A stretch of 63,602 bases of DNA, filler included. It is 5 parts of 5 records of this genome, joined end to end, with 100 filler letters (N's around TTAATTAATTAA, not from the genome) between each part and the next. Parts side by side here need not be neighbours in the genome. Positions count along the whole stretch, not along the records: positions 1 to 6,615 come from SRR31156797_21448; positions 6,716 to 22,772 come from SRR31156797_21452; 3 more parts are not named here. The stretch is one strand, 5' to 3'. The notes under the pieces were generated by a model that made no database searches, had not been told where the DNA came from, and worked only from the letters and a program-made list of their open reading frames with translations. Positions 1 to 9,117 of the stretch are shown here, one piece after another. Positions within the stretch are counted from its first letter, which is position 1. The number at the start of each line of letters is the position of its first letter. The translations under genes were made by a program, and so were the position numbers.

Positions 1-905
1 AGCATTATATTCATTACACCTATTCCACCTACAAATAATGAAATCGTTGCAACTGAACTAATAAAAATATTCGCCATCGATAGAATTTTATTAAACGCAT
101 CTAAACCCTGAACCATTTTTTCTACTTTATAGAGCCCTTTATTTTTTTTGACTCTTTCAAGCATCTTTATTGCATCTCCGCTTATCTTACTCTTTTCTTT
201 AATATCTTTAATTTTTAGATTTATACTATTTCTATTCTCAACATAGAGATATTTTTTTAGAGATTTATGAGGGATATACATGAAGAAAATATCCTCTTTT
301 GTAGTTTCAGCGAGTTTTTTCATGATATTTTCTATTACGCCTACAACTAAATATGTTTGAGTTCCAAAATATGTTTTTATCTCCAGTTCTTTTCCTACAG
401 CATTTACTTTCCCGAACTTTTTCACCGCAAGTGTATCATCTATTATTGCTACTTTTTTAGTTAGTTTATTATCCTCAGGAAGTAAACCTCTCCCGTATAA
501 TAACTTAAACGAATATGTCTTTAATACATCTTCGTTACCACTTGATATCTCTACCCAGCTTCTGTCTTCACCACTATTCGGCAGATCAATCTGTGCATAT
601 GTATCTGCAACTAATAATACTGATTCAACTCCGGGTATCTTTTTTAAATAATTAATATCTTCTTCCGTTAAGAGATCTTTTTGTTTTATACCTACATTAG
701 GTTTTGGCGATACTTGTATATTTATGTTATTTTTACTTATTTCATTTAAATTTTTCAATATCCCGTCTTGAAAACCTCTTCCAAGTGTTGAGATTAAAAT
801 AACAGAAGATATCCCTATTATTATTCCAAGCATCGTTAAAAAAGATCTCATTTTATTTGTTCGCAGTGTAGATATTGAAGAAATAAAACTCTCTTTTAAA
901 TTCAC
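1..905 (-). CDS. MacB/FtsX-family ABC transporter permease (3'-truncated by window edge)
   Basis: Missing from the ORF track; read manually from GTG at 905 (GTGA overlap with upstream stop): MNLKESFISSISTLRTNKMRSFLTMLGIIIGISSVI, the classic MacB permease N-terminus; follows MFP gene. Confidence 0.9.
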   Translation of the reverse strand, partial: MNLKESFISSISTLRTNKMRSFLTMLGIIIGISSVILISTLGRGFQDGILKNLNEISKNNINIQVSPKPNVGIKQKDLLTEEDINYLKKIPGVESVLLVADTYAQIDLPNSGEDRSWVEISSGNEDVLKTYSFKLLYGRGLLPEDNKLTKKVAIIDDTLAVKKFGKVNAVGKELEIKTYFGTQTYLVVGVIENIMKKLAETTKEDIFFMYIPHKSLKKYLYVENRNSINLKIKDIKEKSKISGDAIKMLERVKKNKGLYKVEKMVQGLDAFNKILSMANIFISSVATISLFVGGIGVMNIM

Positions 906-2335
906 GATTTTTCCTCCTGTTCCTCTACCTGAACTATATCATTATCCTGAAGCTCTGCACTTGGATTTTCTATGATAATATCACTCTCTTTGATATCAGT
1001 TCCTTTAACTAATATCTCTGCCTCATTTATATTTTCCAGCCCTGTTTGCACTTCCACTTTTTTCGCTACATCATCATCTAATTTATAAATATATTTTTTG
1101 TCTTCTTCATAAACTAAACTAATCACAGGTACCACAAATGTATCCTCTTTTTTATTAGTCACTATTTCCAAATTCACATCATAGCCTGGTTTTAATCCAA
1201 AATTTTCATCTATAACTGCTATTTCTACTTTTACAACATTTTCAGAATATCCCTGTCCTTCAGCAGAACTAGCTATATTTTGTATCTTAGAAATTTCCCC
1301 AAGATAATAATTTTCATCTGTTGATTCAGATTTTATTTTTACTTTATCTCCCATTTTTACTTTGCTTATATTATAAGTCGCTATCTCTGTTTCTATTATT
1401 TTTGAGCTTGTATCTGCAAGTTCCATTAAGGCCCTTTCTGTATCAACCAGCATATTTTTCTCAGCTATTTGTGCCAGTATTGAACCACTAAAGCTACTAA
1501 TTATATTCTCTTTTAATTTAGATAAATTTTCCTCTTTTTCTGATAACTGAATCTCAAGTTTCTTTATATTATTTTCACTGATTCTTATGTTTGTTGCTCT
1601 ATTAAACTTTTCCTGCTCATGGTTATTAACTAGAGTAGTATAGTTATTTTTTTCATATTGCAATGTTTGTTTGTAATTTTCCAGTTCAATTTTTTTACTT
1701 GAAATCTCTATGTTTTTCCCTCTCAATTCCTCTTCTAAGCTTAATTTACCATACTCTTCACTGTTTAGATCATTTCTAGATATTCCACCCAGTTCAAATA
1801 ATCTCTCTTTTGATTCAAAACTTTTTAATGCCCTTTCATGTTTTGTTTTAATATTCTCTTTTTGATAGTTCAATAAATTAAGCTCTTCAGTTAAAGAGTT
1901 CAGTTTTGATTTTATCTCTCTTATCTCTTTTTCTTTTCCCATTACTTCTATATTATTGATTGGCTGATTTAGCATAGCTAAATTTAATTTTTCATTGTCT
2001 AAATCCAGATTTAGCATATTTATTTCTCTAATTAAACTATTTCTATCTGAATCATCAAATTCAATTAGCACATCTCCTTTTTCTATTAAATCTCCAATTT
2101 TATAATTAACTTTCGCTATCTTTTGAGAAGTTGCAACATAGATTTTTTTAATCTCTTTTGCACCAACTTTTCCTTTTGCCTTTACTAGCTCTTCTATAGA
2201 TTTTTTCTCTATTTCATATGGACTTACTGTTACTACTGATTTTAATTTCTCACTTTGATTCTTTTTATATACAGTAAAACCTCCAACTCCGGCAAGTACT
2301 GCAACTATTAATAAAATTATTATTTTCTTTTTCAT
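902..2335 (-). CDS. Efflux membrane fusion protein (MacA/HlyD-like periplasmic adaptor)
   Basis: N-terminal TM anchor, lipoyl-like half motif (KVNYKIGDLIEKGDVLIEFD), long coiled coil, C-terminal LKPGYDV..VVPVISL..VQTGLEN; lies between TolC and permease. Confidence 0.88.
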   Translation of the reverse strand: MKKKIIILLIVAVLAGVGGFTVYKKNQSEKLKSVVTVSPYEIEKKSIEELVKAKGKVGAKEIKKIYVATSQKIAKVNYKIGDLIEKGDVLIEFDDSDRNSLIREINMLNLDLDNEKLNLAMLNQPINNIEVMGKEKEIREIKSKLNSLTEELNLLNYQKENIKTKHERALKSFESKERLFELGGISRNDLNSEEYGKLSLEEELRGKNIEISSKKIELENYKQTLQYEKNNYTTLVNNHEQEKFNRATNIRISENNIKKLEIQLSEKEENLSKLKENIISSFSGSILAQIAEKNMLVDTERALMELADTSSKIIETEIATYNISKVKMGDKVKIKSESTDENYYLGEISKIQNIASSAEGQGYSENVVKVEIAVIDENFGLKPGYDVNLEIVTNKKEDTFVVPVISLVYEEDKKYIYKLDDDVAKKVEVQTGLENINEAEILVKGTDIKESDIIIENPSAELQDNDIVQVEEQEEKS

Positions 2336-2353
2336 TTCACTCTCTCCCGTTTA

Positions 2354-3616
2354 TTAGTTAACTTTAGTTAAAAAGTCCACTGCATTAATATTTAATACGA
2401 AACTGATAATATCCCAATTATTATTAATATACTCCAACTGAACTTCTTCTGTTTCCTGACGTTTTTTTGCAAACTCTATATAACTTATATGATTCGCTTT
2501 ATATATCTCATTATATATTTTTAGTTCTCTCTCTTTATAATTCTTTTGCTCTGTTAATCGCTTCTGCTCATTTAGCAAAATCTCATATTCCATCTTAGAT
2601 TTTTTAATTGCATCTTCTTTGTCAGATTTTACTTTTTCCAGGCTAAGATTACTGTTTTCTTTATCAAGTTCTGCCGCTTTTTTATTATAACTAAGCAGTT
2701 CAAAGTCTTTGGTTAAATTTAAACCTATTCTATAACCTTTTTCTTTAATATTATATGTTGTATATGCAGAAAGCTTTGGCAAATCATCCGTTTCCACAAA
2801 TTTTAATTCTTTCTCACTTAACTTATTTTCCAGTAAAGCTATCTCCTCTTCAATTCTGTTTATATTCTCAAACTTTACTTCCTGAATTTGTTCTATAGAC
2901 AGTAGCTCTGTTTGAGAGTTATTTTCCACTCCAACATCAGAGAATAATTTTTCCCGATTGTTTATAATCTGTTTTTTTAGATTTTCTCTACTGTTTTCAT
3001 TAGTTAATAAATCTAGATTTAAAAGCTCTAAATCAATTCTTTTTACTTCCCCATTCTCATATTTTATATCCAGTTGCTTTTTTTCATTTAGTAACAATTC
3101 ATATGAATGCTCTTTAAGCTGAAGCTCTTTTTCTAATTTTTTTACTGTTATATATTTTTCTATTATTCCTGATATTTTTGATAACTTTTCATTGTTTCTC
3201 TGCTTTTCCGATATCTGATTTTGTATTTTTGTAGTATCATAACTATGCTTATATTCATTATTTATGAACTCATTTAACTCTTTTCTTAAAGTCAAATTAT
3301 TAGATGTAACTTCATTCTCTTTATGATCATAACTTAAGCTATGACTAAATATTCCATATGACAAAGAGTAATCTAACATGTGACTCTCTGTTCCTGAATA
3401 ATTTTTATCATCGAAATACTCATCTAAACTCAAACTTAATTTTGAATATTTCCCTAATTTTAACTCTTTTTCTTTTAACTCCTCTTTTTTAATAGTATTT
3501 TCCTGTATTCTAACATCTGTAGATTTAGTCAAATAACTATTAATAAAAAATTCTAAATCATACTGCTGTGCATATAAATTTGATACTATACACATAAATA
3601 ATATTATTCTCTTCAC
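2354..3616 (-). CDS. TolC-family outer membrane efflux protein
   Basis: Signal peptide; helical repeats with KYENGEVKRIDLE and LPKLSAYTTY motifs; operon context. Start placed at GTG 3616 behind GGAGG (ORF track starts at 3628). Confidence 0.75.
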   Translation of the reverse strand: MKRIILFMCIVSNLYAQQYDLEFFINSYLTKSTDVRIQENTIKKEELKEKELKLGKYSKLSLSLDEYFDDKNYSGTESHMLDYSLSYGIFSHSLSYDHKENEVTSNNLTLRKELNEFINNEYKHSYDTTKIQNQISEKQRNNEKLSKISGIIEKYITVKKLEKELQLKEHSYELLLNEKKQLDIKYENGEVKRIDLELLNLDLLTNENSRENLKKQIINNREKLFSDVGVENNSQTELLSIEQIQEVKFENINRIEEEIALLENKLSEKELKFVETDDLPKLSAYTTYNIKEKGYRIGLNLTKDFELLSYNKKAAELDKENSNLSLEKVKSDKEDAIKKSKMEYEILLNEQKRLTEQKNYKERELKIYNEIYKANHISYIEFAKKRQETEEVQLEYINNNWDIISFVLNINAVDFLTKVN

Positions 3617-3645
3617 TGTTTCCTCCATTTCGTATATTTAATATT

Positions 3646-4158
3646 TTATTTCTCTTCAAATACCAATTCCTTGTTCTCAGACAAACTAACCGCTACATGA
3701 TACTCTTCCAATCCTTCCAGACCAATTATACCTGTGATTTTTATATCCGTTGGTAATAACTCCTTTACTTCATCATCTTCCTCTAGTATTTCCTGAAGTT
3801 CCATCAATATTGTCGGTACTTTTTTCAATTTAAGGCTCCCCACTTGAAGCTCTTTGGATTTTGCCAAACCTATTTTTACTTTCTCTCCATCGTCTAATTT
3901 TACTTTCATGTTAAAATATGATTTTATCCCTGCTGATTTTGCTGTTTCTCTATCCAGAAGAAAGCTATCATCTTCTTCATCTACCAAACAGTGTATCTTT
4001 TTACCGTTAATCATCACTTCAATTATTGGTAATGGATCAAAATATACAAAGTTAACTACACTCATTTGCTTATCTGATAACCATTCTTTTTTAGGTGCTG
4101 CTGACACCTTTAGTATAATTATTGTAAAAAATGTTAAAACTATTATTATTCTATTCAT
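3646..4158 (-). CDS. Secreted retropepsin-like (aspartyl protease fold) protein, catalytic motif degenerate
   Basis: Signal peptide; PIIEVMINGKKIHCLVD and ITGIIG match Asp_protease_2-type motifs but D-T-G reads D-E-E; GGAGG RBS. Confidence 0.7.
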   Translation of the reverse strand: MNRIIIVLTFFTIIILKVSAAPKKEWLSDKQMSVVNFVYFDPLPIIEVMINGKKIHCLVDEEDDSFLLDRETAKSAGIKSYFNMKVKLDDGEKVKIGLAKSKELQVGSLKLKKVPTILMELQEILEEDDEVKELLPTDIKITGIIGLEGLEEYHVAVSLSENKELVFEEK

Positions 4159-4286
4159 TTTACCTCCAAATAAATTTACTCTATTTTGATTTTTATTTCT
4201 TTTATGCTATAATTATATCCAAATAAAGCTGAGTTTAGAATTTTACTTAAGTGTTATTTTGAGTATTATTCTTCATTTAGTTTTAA

Positions 4287-4303
4287 TAATACTTTAAGTA
4301 TTA
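4287..4303. promoter_or_regulatory. Palindromic operator, probable LuxR-type HTH site
   Basis: TAATACT-TTA-AGTATTA perfect inverted repeat between divergent genes; degenerate copies at 4243-4268. Confidence 0.55.
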
Positions 4304-4365
4304 CTATGTATTATTATTGTAAATAAAGGGATTGAAGATGATGTATCTAAAGAGAGGAAAGTTTG

Positions 4366-5226
4366 ATGATTACTATATTTTATTTTATAGCACTAACTTT
4401 TAGTGCTTTATCTAACATAGTTTTATATATTTATTACAAAATAACAGAGGATAAATATTCATTTGACTTTTTAATCATCAATTTGATTTTTCTATTTTTT
4501 GTAATTTCTTTATTTCCTCTACAAAATATAAATAATGAACTTTACACTCCATTAAGTATATTTAGTTTTTCACCGGAAACTATCAGTACAGCTTTTTTAA
4601 TAATTCTTTTTTATGAGTTTATGTTTAAAAAAAGAGTTGCTGGCAAATACAAATATCTTATTCCTCTTGCTATAATTATTTTTAGTATAAATGTATTTGA
4701 TATACTCTTCCTAAAAGAAAGTATGATCTTATCAAATATTTTGGCTGAAATAATGAATGCTGTTTTTTTTATAGAGATGTTAGTTATTTTTATCTTTTTC
4801 ATCAATCGAATAGAAGATTATATAAAAAAGCAAGTTATGAAATTAATTATTATTCTATTAATATATATGCCATTAGAGGCTATTCTGGAATATACTTATA
4901 AAACTTCGTCGGAGATCATTTCTCAGGCAATATTTAGTGGAGTTTTGTGTTATTATTTTATTAATAAAGTAATTAAAAGAATTGAAGAGTATAAAGCTAT
5001 TGCAGAAAGAGATTCAAATGATATTTATGATTCATTTAAAGAAAAATTTATTAAATATGGAATTACGAAACGAGAACAGGAGATTGTAAAATTAATTTTA
5101 ACGGGGAAAAGTAATCAGAATATTGCTGACGAGCTTTTTATTAGTATAAATACTGTTAAAATTCATATCTATAATATTTACAAAAAATTTGATATAAAAA
5201 AGAGAGCTGATCTCTTTAATTTATAA
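4366..5226 (+). CDS. Membrane-anchored LuxR-family transcriptional regulator (paralogue 1)
   Basis: About 6-7 hydrophobic segments followed by LuxR HTH ITKREQEIVKLILTGKSNQNIADELFISINTVKIHIYNIYKK. Confidence 0.88.
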   Translation: MITIFYFIALTFSALSNIVLYIYYKITEDKYSFDFLIINLIFLFFVISLFPLQNINNELYTPLSIFSFSPETISTAFLIILFYEFMFKKRVAGKYKYLIPLAIIIFSINVFDILFLKESMILSNILAEIMNAVFFIEMLVIFIFFINRIEDYIKKQVMKLIIILLIYMPLEAILEYTYKTSSEIISQAIFSGVLCYYFINKVIKRIEEYKAIAERDSNDIYDSFKEKFIKYGITKREQEIVKLILTGKSNQNIADELFISINTVKIHIYNIYKKFDIKKRADLFNL

Positions 5227-5240
5227 CAGGAGAGTTAAAA

Positions 5241-6110
5241 ATGAGTGTTTATCTTTATTTAATTGTTTTTATAACACAGATCATACTAGTTACTCTATTA
5301 TATATTTATCATAAACTTAATGACTCGAAAGCTGTTTATGATTTCTTTATTTTAAACACCTTTTATTCAGTAGCACCTATACTTTTTATCACTCAGGAAA
5401 TCATAAAGAGTGGATTTTATAAAGAAATTTTATTCAAATTAGCTTTGGCTGTAACTTTTTCCTCTTATTTTTTCTTAACAAGTTACCTATATGAAGTACT
5501 CTCTAATAAAATTATTCAAAAAAAATATCACTATATCTCAGCTATATCTTGTTTTGTAATCTTTATTAGTTTAATTGATCTCATCAGCTTTAAATTCTCC
5601 AGAGAAATTTATATTGATATCGAAAATGGATTTTTTCTATTCTCTTTTGTTATATTTATAATAATCCTAATTATTCAGTTTAATAAGATCAATCCTGAAA
5701 TGCAGGGAAAAATTATAAAGGGATTTATGTTACTGCTTGTTTCTGTTTCTCTTGAGGAGCTAATTGATTATATATTTAAGCTCCCTGAATATAATGAAAC
5801 TTTTTTGACTTATAATCTTTTTTTTATAGGCTACACTCTTAAGAAAATCTTATCTGATATTGAGCAACTTAAAAATGGTGATTTTACAGATAAAAAAGTT
5901 AATCTTTCACTTATTGAAGAAAAATTTATTAAATTCGGAGTAACTGCAAGAGAAAAGGAGATAATTTTTTTACTGATGAATGGAAAAAGTAATCAAAATA
6001 TTGCAGATGAACTGTTTATAAGTATCAATACTGTTAAAATTCATATCTACAATATTTATAAAAAGTTCAATGTAAATAAAAGAGCTGAATTACTAAATTT
6101 ATTAAAATAA
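5241..6110 (+). CDS. Membrane-anchored LuxR-family transcriptional regulator (paralogue 2)
   Basis: Same architecture; HTH VTAREKEIIFLLMNGKSNQNIADELFISINTVKIHIYNIYKK; AGGAG RBS. Confidence 0.88.
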   Translation: MSVYLYLIVFITQIILVTLLYIYHKLNDSKAVYDFFILNTFYSVAPILFITQEIIKSGFYKEILFKLALAVTFSSYFFLTSYLYEVLSNKIIQKKYHYISAISCFVIFISLIDLISFKFSREIYIDIENGFFLFSFVIFIIILIIQFNKINPEMQGKIIKGFMLLLVSVSLEELIDYIFKLPEYNETFLTYNLFFIGYTLKKILSDIEQLKNGDFTDKKVNLSLIEEKFIKFGVTAREKEIIFLLMNGKSNQNIADELFISINTVKIHIYNIYKKFNVNKRAELLNLLK

Positions 6111-6140
6111 AAATCGCTCCAGCTTAGCAGAGCGATTTTT
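6109..6140. terminator. Bidirectional intrinsic terminator
   Basis: AAAAATCGCTC...GAGCGATTTTT hairpin between convergent genes. Confidence 0.8.
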
Positions 6141-6145
6141 ATTTT

Positions 6146-6615
6146 CTATTTTTTTCTAAGTATATAATCTATGAAACCCTGCCTGATCATTTTACCGGCA
6201 TAAATTCTTTGAATTATTCTTGTTTCTTTTATTAATAACTCCATATCTTCAAAATATTTATCTCCTTCAATATGATCAAAATATGAGTGGATTACTTCTG
6301 TTCCATCAGCTTCTTCCTGTTCATATTGATTATTACCGAAATCACTTCCTGTCCCACATCTGAAATCATCGGTAGACAGTAGGTTTACAAATATTAAACC
6401 TCCCGGTTTTAATACTCTCTTTAACTCAGTAATCGATTTATCAATATCAGATTTCTTCATATGAAAAACCGAATTATACGAGTATACATAATCAAAACTG
6501 TTATCAGGAAATTCCAATTTTCTCATATCCCCAACTTCTATATTAAGAGCCTGTTCCTTTGTTTCTCCAAACTCATTTGCTATTTTAGCTTGATTTTCAT
6601 CAAACTCAATTCCAG
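6146..6615 (-). CDS. Class I SAM-dependent methyltransferase (5'-truncated at contig end)
   Basis: Frame open to contig edge (GIEFDENQ...VGDMRKLEFPDNSFDYVYS...RVLKPGG motifs). Confidence 0.85.
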
Positions 6616-6715
6616 NNNNNNNNNNNNNNNNNNNNNNNNNNNNNNNNNNNNNNNNNNNNTTAATTAATTAANNNNNNNNNNNNNNNNNNNNNNNNNNNNN
6701 NNNNNNNNNNNNNNN
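6616..6715. other. Artificial contig-joining linker
   Basis: N44-TTAATTAATTAA-N44, stops in all six frames; genes truncated on both sides. Confidence 0.98.
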
Positions 6716-7519
6716 GTATTTTTGTTTTCCTTCCCACATGTAATAAGTTTTACCCGTTATTGAATTGGCACTTTTGAGTTGTTTAAAGAATTCTGCATTA
6801 CTGAAGTTTTTACCTTCACTAGTTGGGTGAATTATAAAGTTTCCTTCATCATCAACCATAAAAGGATATCCTGACTCAAAATATGTTTTAGCTTTAAAAA
6901 TATTTTTTAGTTCACCCAAGTCTTTTTCAGGAACACCAACTCCAACCATTCCCACAATATTTCCATCAACTCTAATCGGTGAGTAGGCAGTGAGATTCCA
7001 TTCATCTATTACAATAGCCCTTCCTGAAAATTGACCTCCTGATAATACTGTTGTCACTACCGGCGAACTTCTAGGCACAACAGTTCCAACTCCTCTATTT
7101 CCATTAGTTATAACAGAGGTTGATATTCTTTCAAATCCTTGACTATTTTGCTTAAAAAGTGTAACAGAGCTTTTTGTTATAGATTTCATTTCATCTACAA
7201 AGGCATAGCTCTCTTCAAGGTTTTCACCATTGAGGTACCAGGCACCTTCTTCAATGTATATTCCACCGCTAGCAATTATAATTTTCTCGACAGTTTTAAG
7301 TGCATTGTTTACAGCAGTTTGGTTTTGACTAACTTGTAATTCAATTACACGGGCCAAATCTTCTACTTGCTCAAACATTCGAATATCTGTATCCTCAATA
7401 ATTTTATCCCTTTGAGAATTCACCATGTAGATTCCCAATGCTGTTAAAAGAATAGCAATAGTAATACTTAGAAAGAAATTTAGTCTAAATCCGATTTTAA
7501 AGTCTTTGATTCTTTTCAT
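6716..7519 (-). CDS. Cache-domain membrane sensor, probably methyl-accepting chemotaxis protein (3'-truncated)
   Basis: KIGFRL + TM helix, Cache motifs (ERISTSV..GNRGVGT, TAYSPIRVDGNIVGMVGVG, SGYPFMVDDEGNFIIHP); signalling domain lost at contig edge. Confidence 0.7.
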
Positions 7520-7554
7520 AATGTTTGATTTTTAGTTGATTTTGGTATTAATAA

Positions 7555-7570
7555 TCAATGGATATGCCAA
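7555..7570 (-). promoter_or_regulatory. Sigma54 -24/-12 promoter
   Basis: Minus strand TTGGCATATCCATTGA fits TGGCA-N6-TTG spacing, 36 nt upstream of the Cache sensor start. Confidence 0.65.
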
Positions 7571-7638
7571 AGCAATTTAAGTAGCAGTAGATGAGCGCTT
7601 TAGAAGGAGTGGTGTTGTGCGGGAAAATCATTGAATTC

Positions 7639-7670
7639 TACGAAATATCGTACATATACGAAATATCGTA
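7639..7670. promoter_or_regulatory. Tandem palindromic upstream activator sequence
   Basis: TACGAAATATCGTA twice (7639-7652, 7657-7670), 70-100 nt upstream of the sigma54 promoter and directly after the activator gene. Confidence 0.7.
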
Positions 7671-7671
7671 G

Positions 7672-9117
7672 TTATTTGGGGCGTGTAATTTTTAATTTTT
7701 TCATCCGTGATTCGAGGGTAGTGGGATTTATGTCTAATAATTTTGCTGCACCATTAATTCCTCTGATTTTCCATTGGCAATGTTTCAATGCTTTCAGAAT
7801 ATGACTTTTTTCATTTTCAGCCAATGTTTTTATGTAATTGTCATTTTTATCTTTAGTTGAAATATCTAACCAGCTACCAATTTGAAGTTTTGTTCCAGAG
7901 CTTAGTACATAGGATCTTTCGATAATATTTTCTAATTCACGAACATTGCCGGGCCAGTGGTAGGCCATTAATTTGTCCATACTTTTTTGGGGTAATGTGG
8001 TGATGTTTTTACCCATTTTCTTATTTAGCTTGCTAACGAAATATTCCACCAGAATTGGGATATCCTCTTTGTGGTCTCTTAGCGGAGGAAGATGTATAGG
8101 GAGTATGTTGAGGCGGTAAAATAAATCTTGTCTGAATTCACCTTTCTCAATAGCCTGATCCAGGTTTCTATTGGTGGCTGCAATAAGTCTGAAATTTGAT
8201 TTAATGACTTTATTTCCACCTAAACGTTCTAATTCTGATTCTTGTAAAACTCTGAGTATCTTTGGTTGTAAGGCAATGGGTAATTCACCAATTTCGTCCA
8301 GAAATAAGGTGCCGTTATGAGCCAATTCAATTTTTCCATATTTTAATCGATGAGCGCCTGTAAATGCACCTTTTTCATAGCCGAATAATTCACTTTCAAT
8401 AAGACTTTCAGGAATGGCACCACAGTTTATTTTAACTAAAATTTTCGATGATCGGGGACTTAACCGGTGTATGGCATTGGCGAATAACTCTTTTCCGGTA
8501 CCCGATTCTCCAAGTAATAATATGGTAGAGTCTGATTGGGCAGCTTGTTTTACTTGCTGCATAATCTCTTTCATTACGTTGCTTTTGCCAATAATCTCCT
8601 TGAAGTCAGCGTGTTCTGTGTATACTTGCTTAAGTTGTGTATTTTCTTCTTCAAGTTTCTTTTTTAGCTCCGATATTTCGGAGTTTGATTTTTGAAGCTT
8701 TTTGTTTTGAGCCAGTAAATTATTAAGAAGGTCGATATTTTTTTTGCGAAGCTCTGAAGATTTTAGGGCGTTGTTAATTGTTTGTTTCAAATCTTCTATG
8801 TCCCATGGTTTTAGCAGATATTTAAATACACCTCCCTGGTTAACAGCTTTCATTACCACATCATTATCTGCATATGCTGTAAGCAATATTACAGCTACCC
8901 AGGGAAAGACTTTGTTTATTATTTCGGCAACCTCAAGTCCTGTCAATTGAGGCATGCGCTGATCAGTGATGACAACCTGTATGTTTTCTTTTTGAATTAT
9001 ATCTTCAGCCTCAGTTGGTTTTGAGGTAGTATAAACCTCATAAAATCTGCTAAATGCAGCTTCAAAGGTTAGTAAGTTATCTCTTTCGTCATCTATGTAA
9101 AGTACTTTCTTCATCAT
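7672..9117 (-). CDS. Sigma54-dependent response regulator (REC-AAA+-Fis HTH)
   Basis: Receiver (YIDDE, TDQRMP, KPW), Walker A GESGTGKE, GAFTGA, FLDEIGE, WPGNVRELEN, C-terminal HTH. Confidence 0.95.
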   Translation of the reverse strand: MMKKVLYIDDERDNLLTFEAAFSRFYEVYTTSKPTEAEDIIQKENIQVVITDQRMPQLTGLEVAEIINKVFPWVAVILLTAYADNDVVMKAVNQGGVFKYLLKPWDIEDLKQTINNALKSSELRKKNIDLLNNLLAQNKKLQKSNSEISELKKKLEEENTQLKQVYTEHADFKEIIGKSNVMKEIMQQVKQAAQSDSTILLLGESGTGKELFANAIHRLSPRSSKILVKINCGAIPESLIESELFGYEKGAFTGAHRLKYGKIELAHNGTLFLDEIGELPIALQPKILRVLQESELERLGGNKVIKSNFRLIAATNRNLDQAIEKGEFRQDLFYRLNILPIHLPPLRDHKEDIPILVEYFVSKLNKKMGKNITTLPQKSMDKLMAYHWPGNVRELENIIERSYVLSSGTKLQIGSWLDISTKDKNDNYIKTLAENEKSHILKALKHCQWKIRGINGAAKLLDINPTTLESRMKKLKITRPK

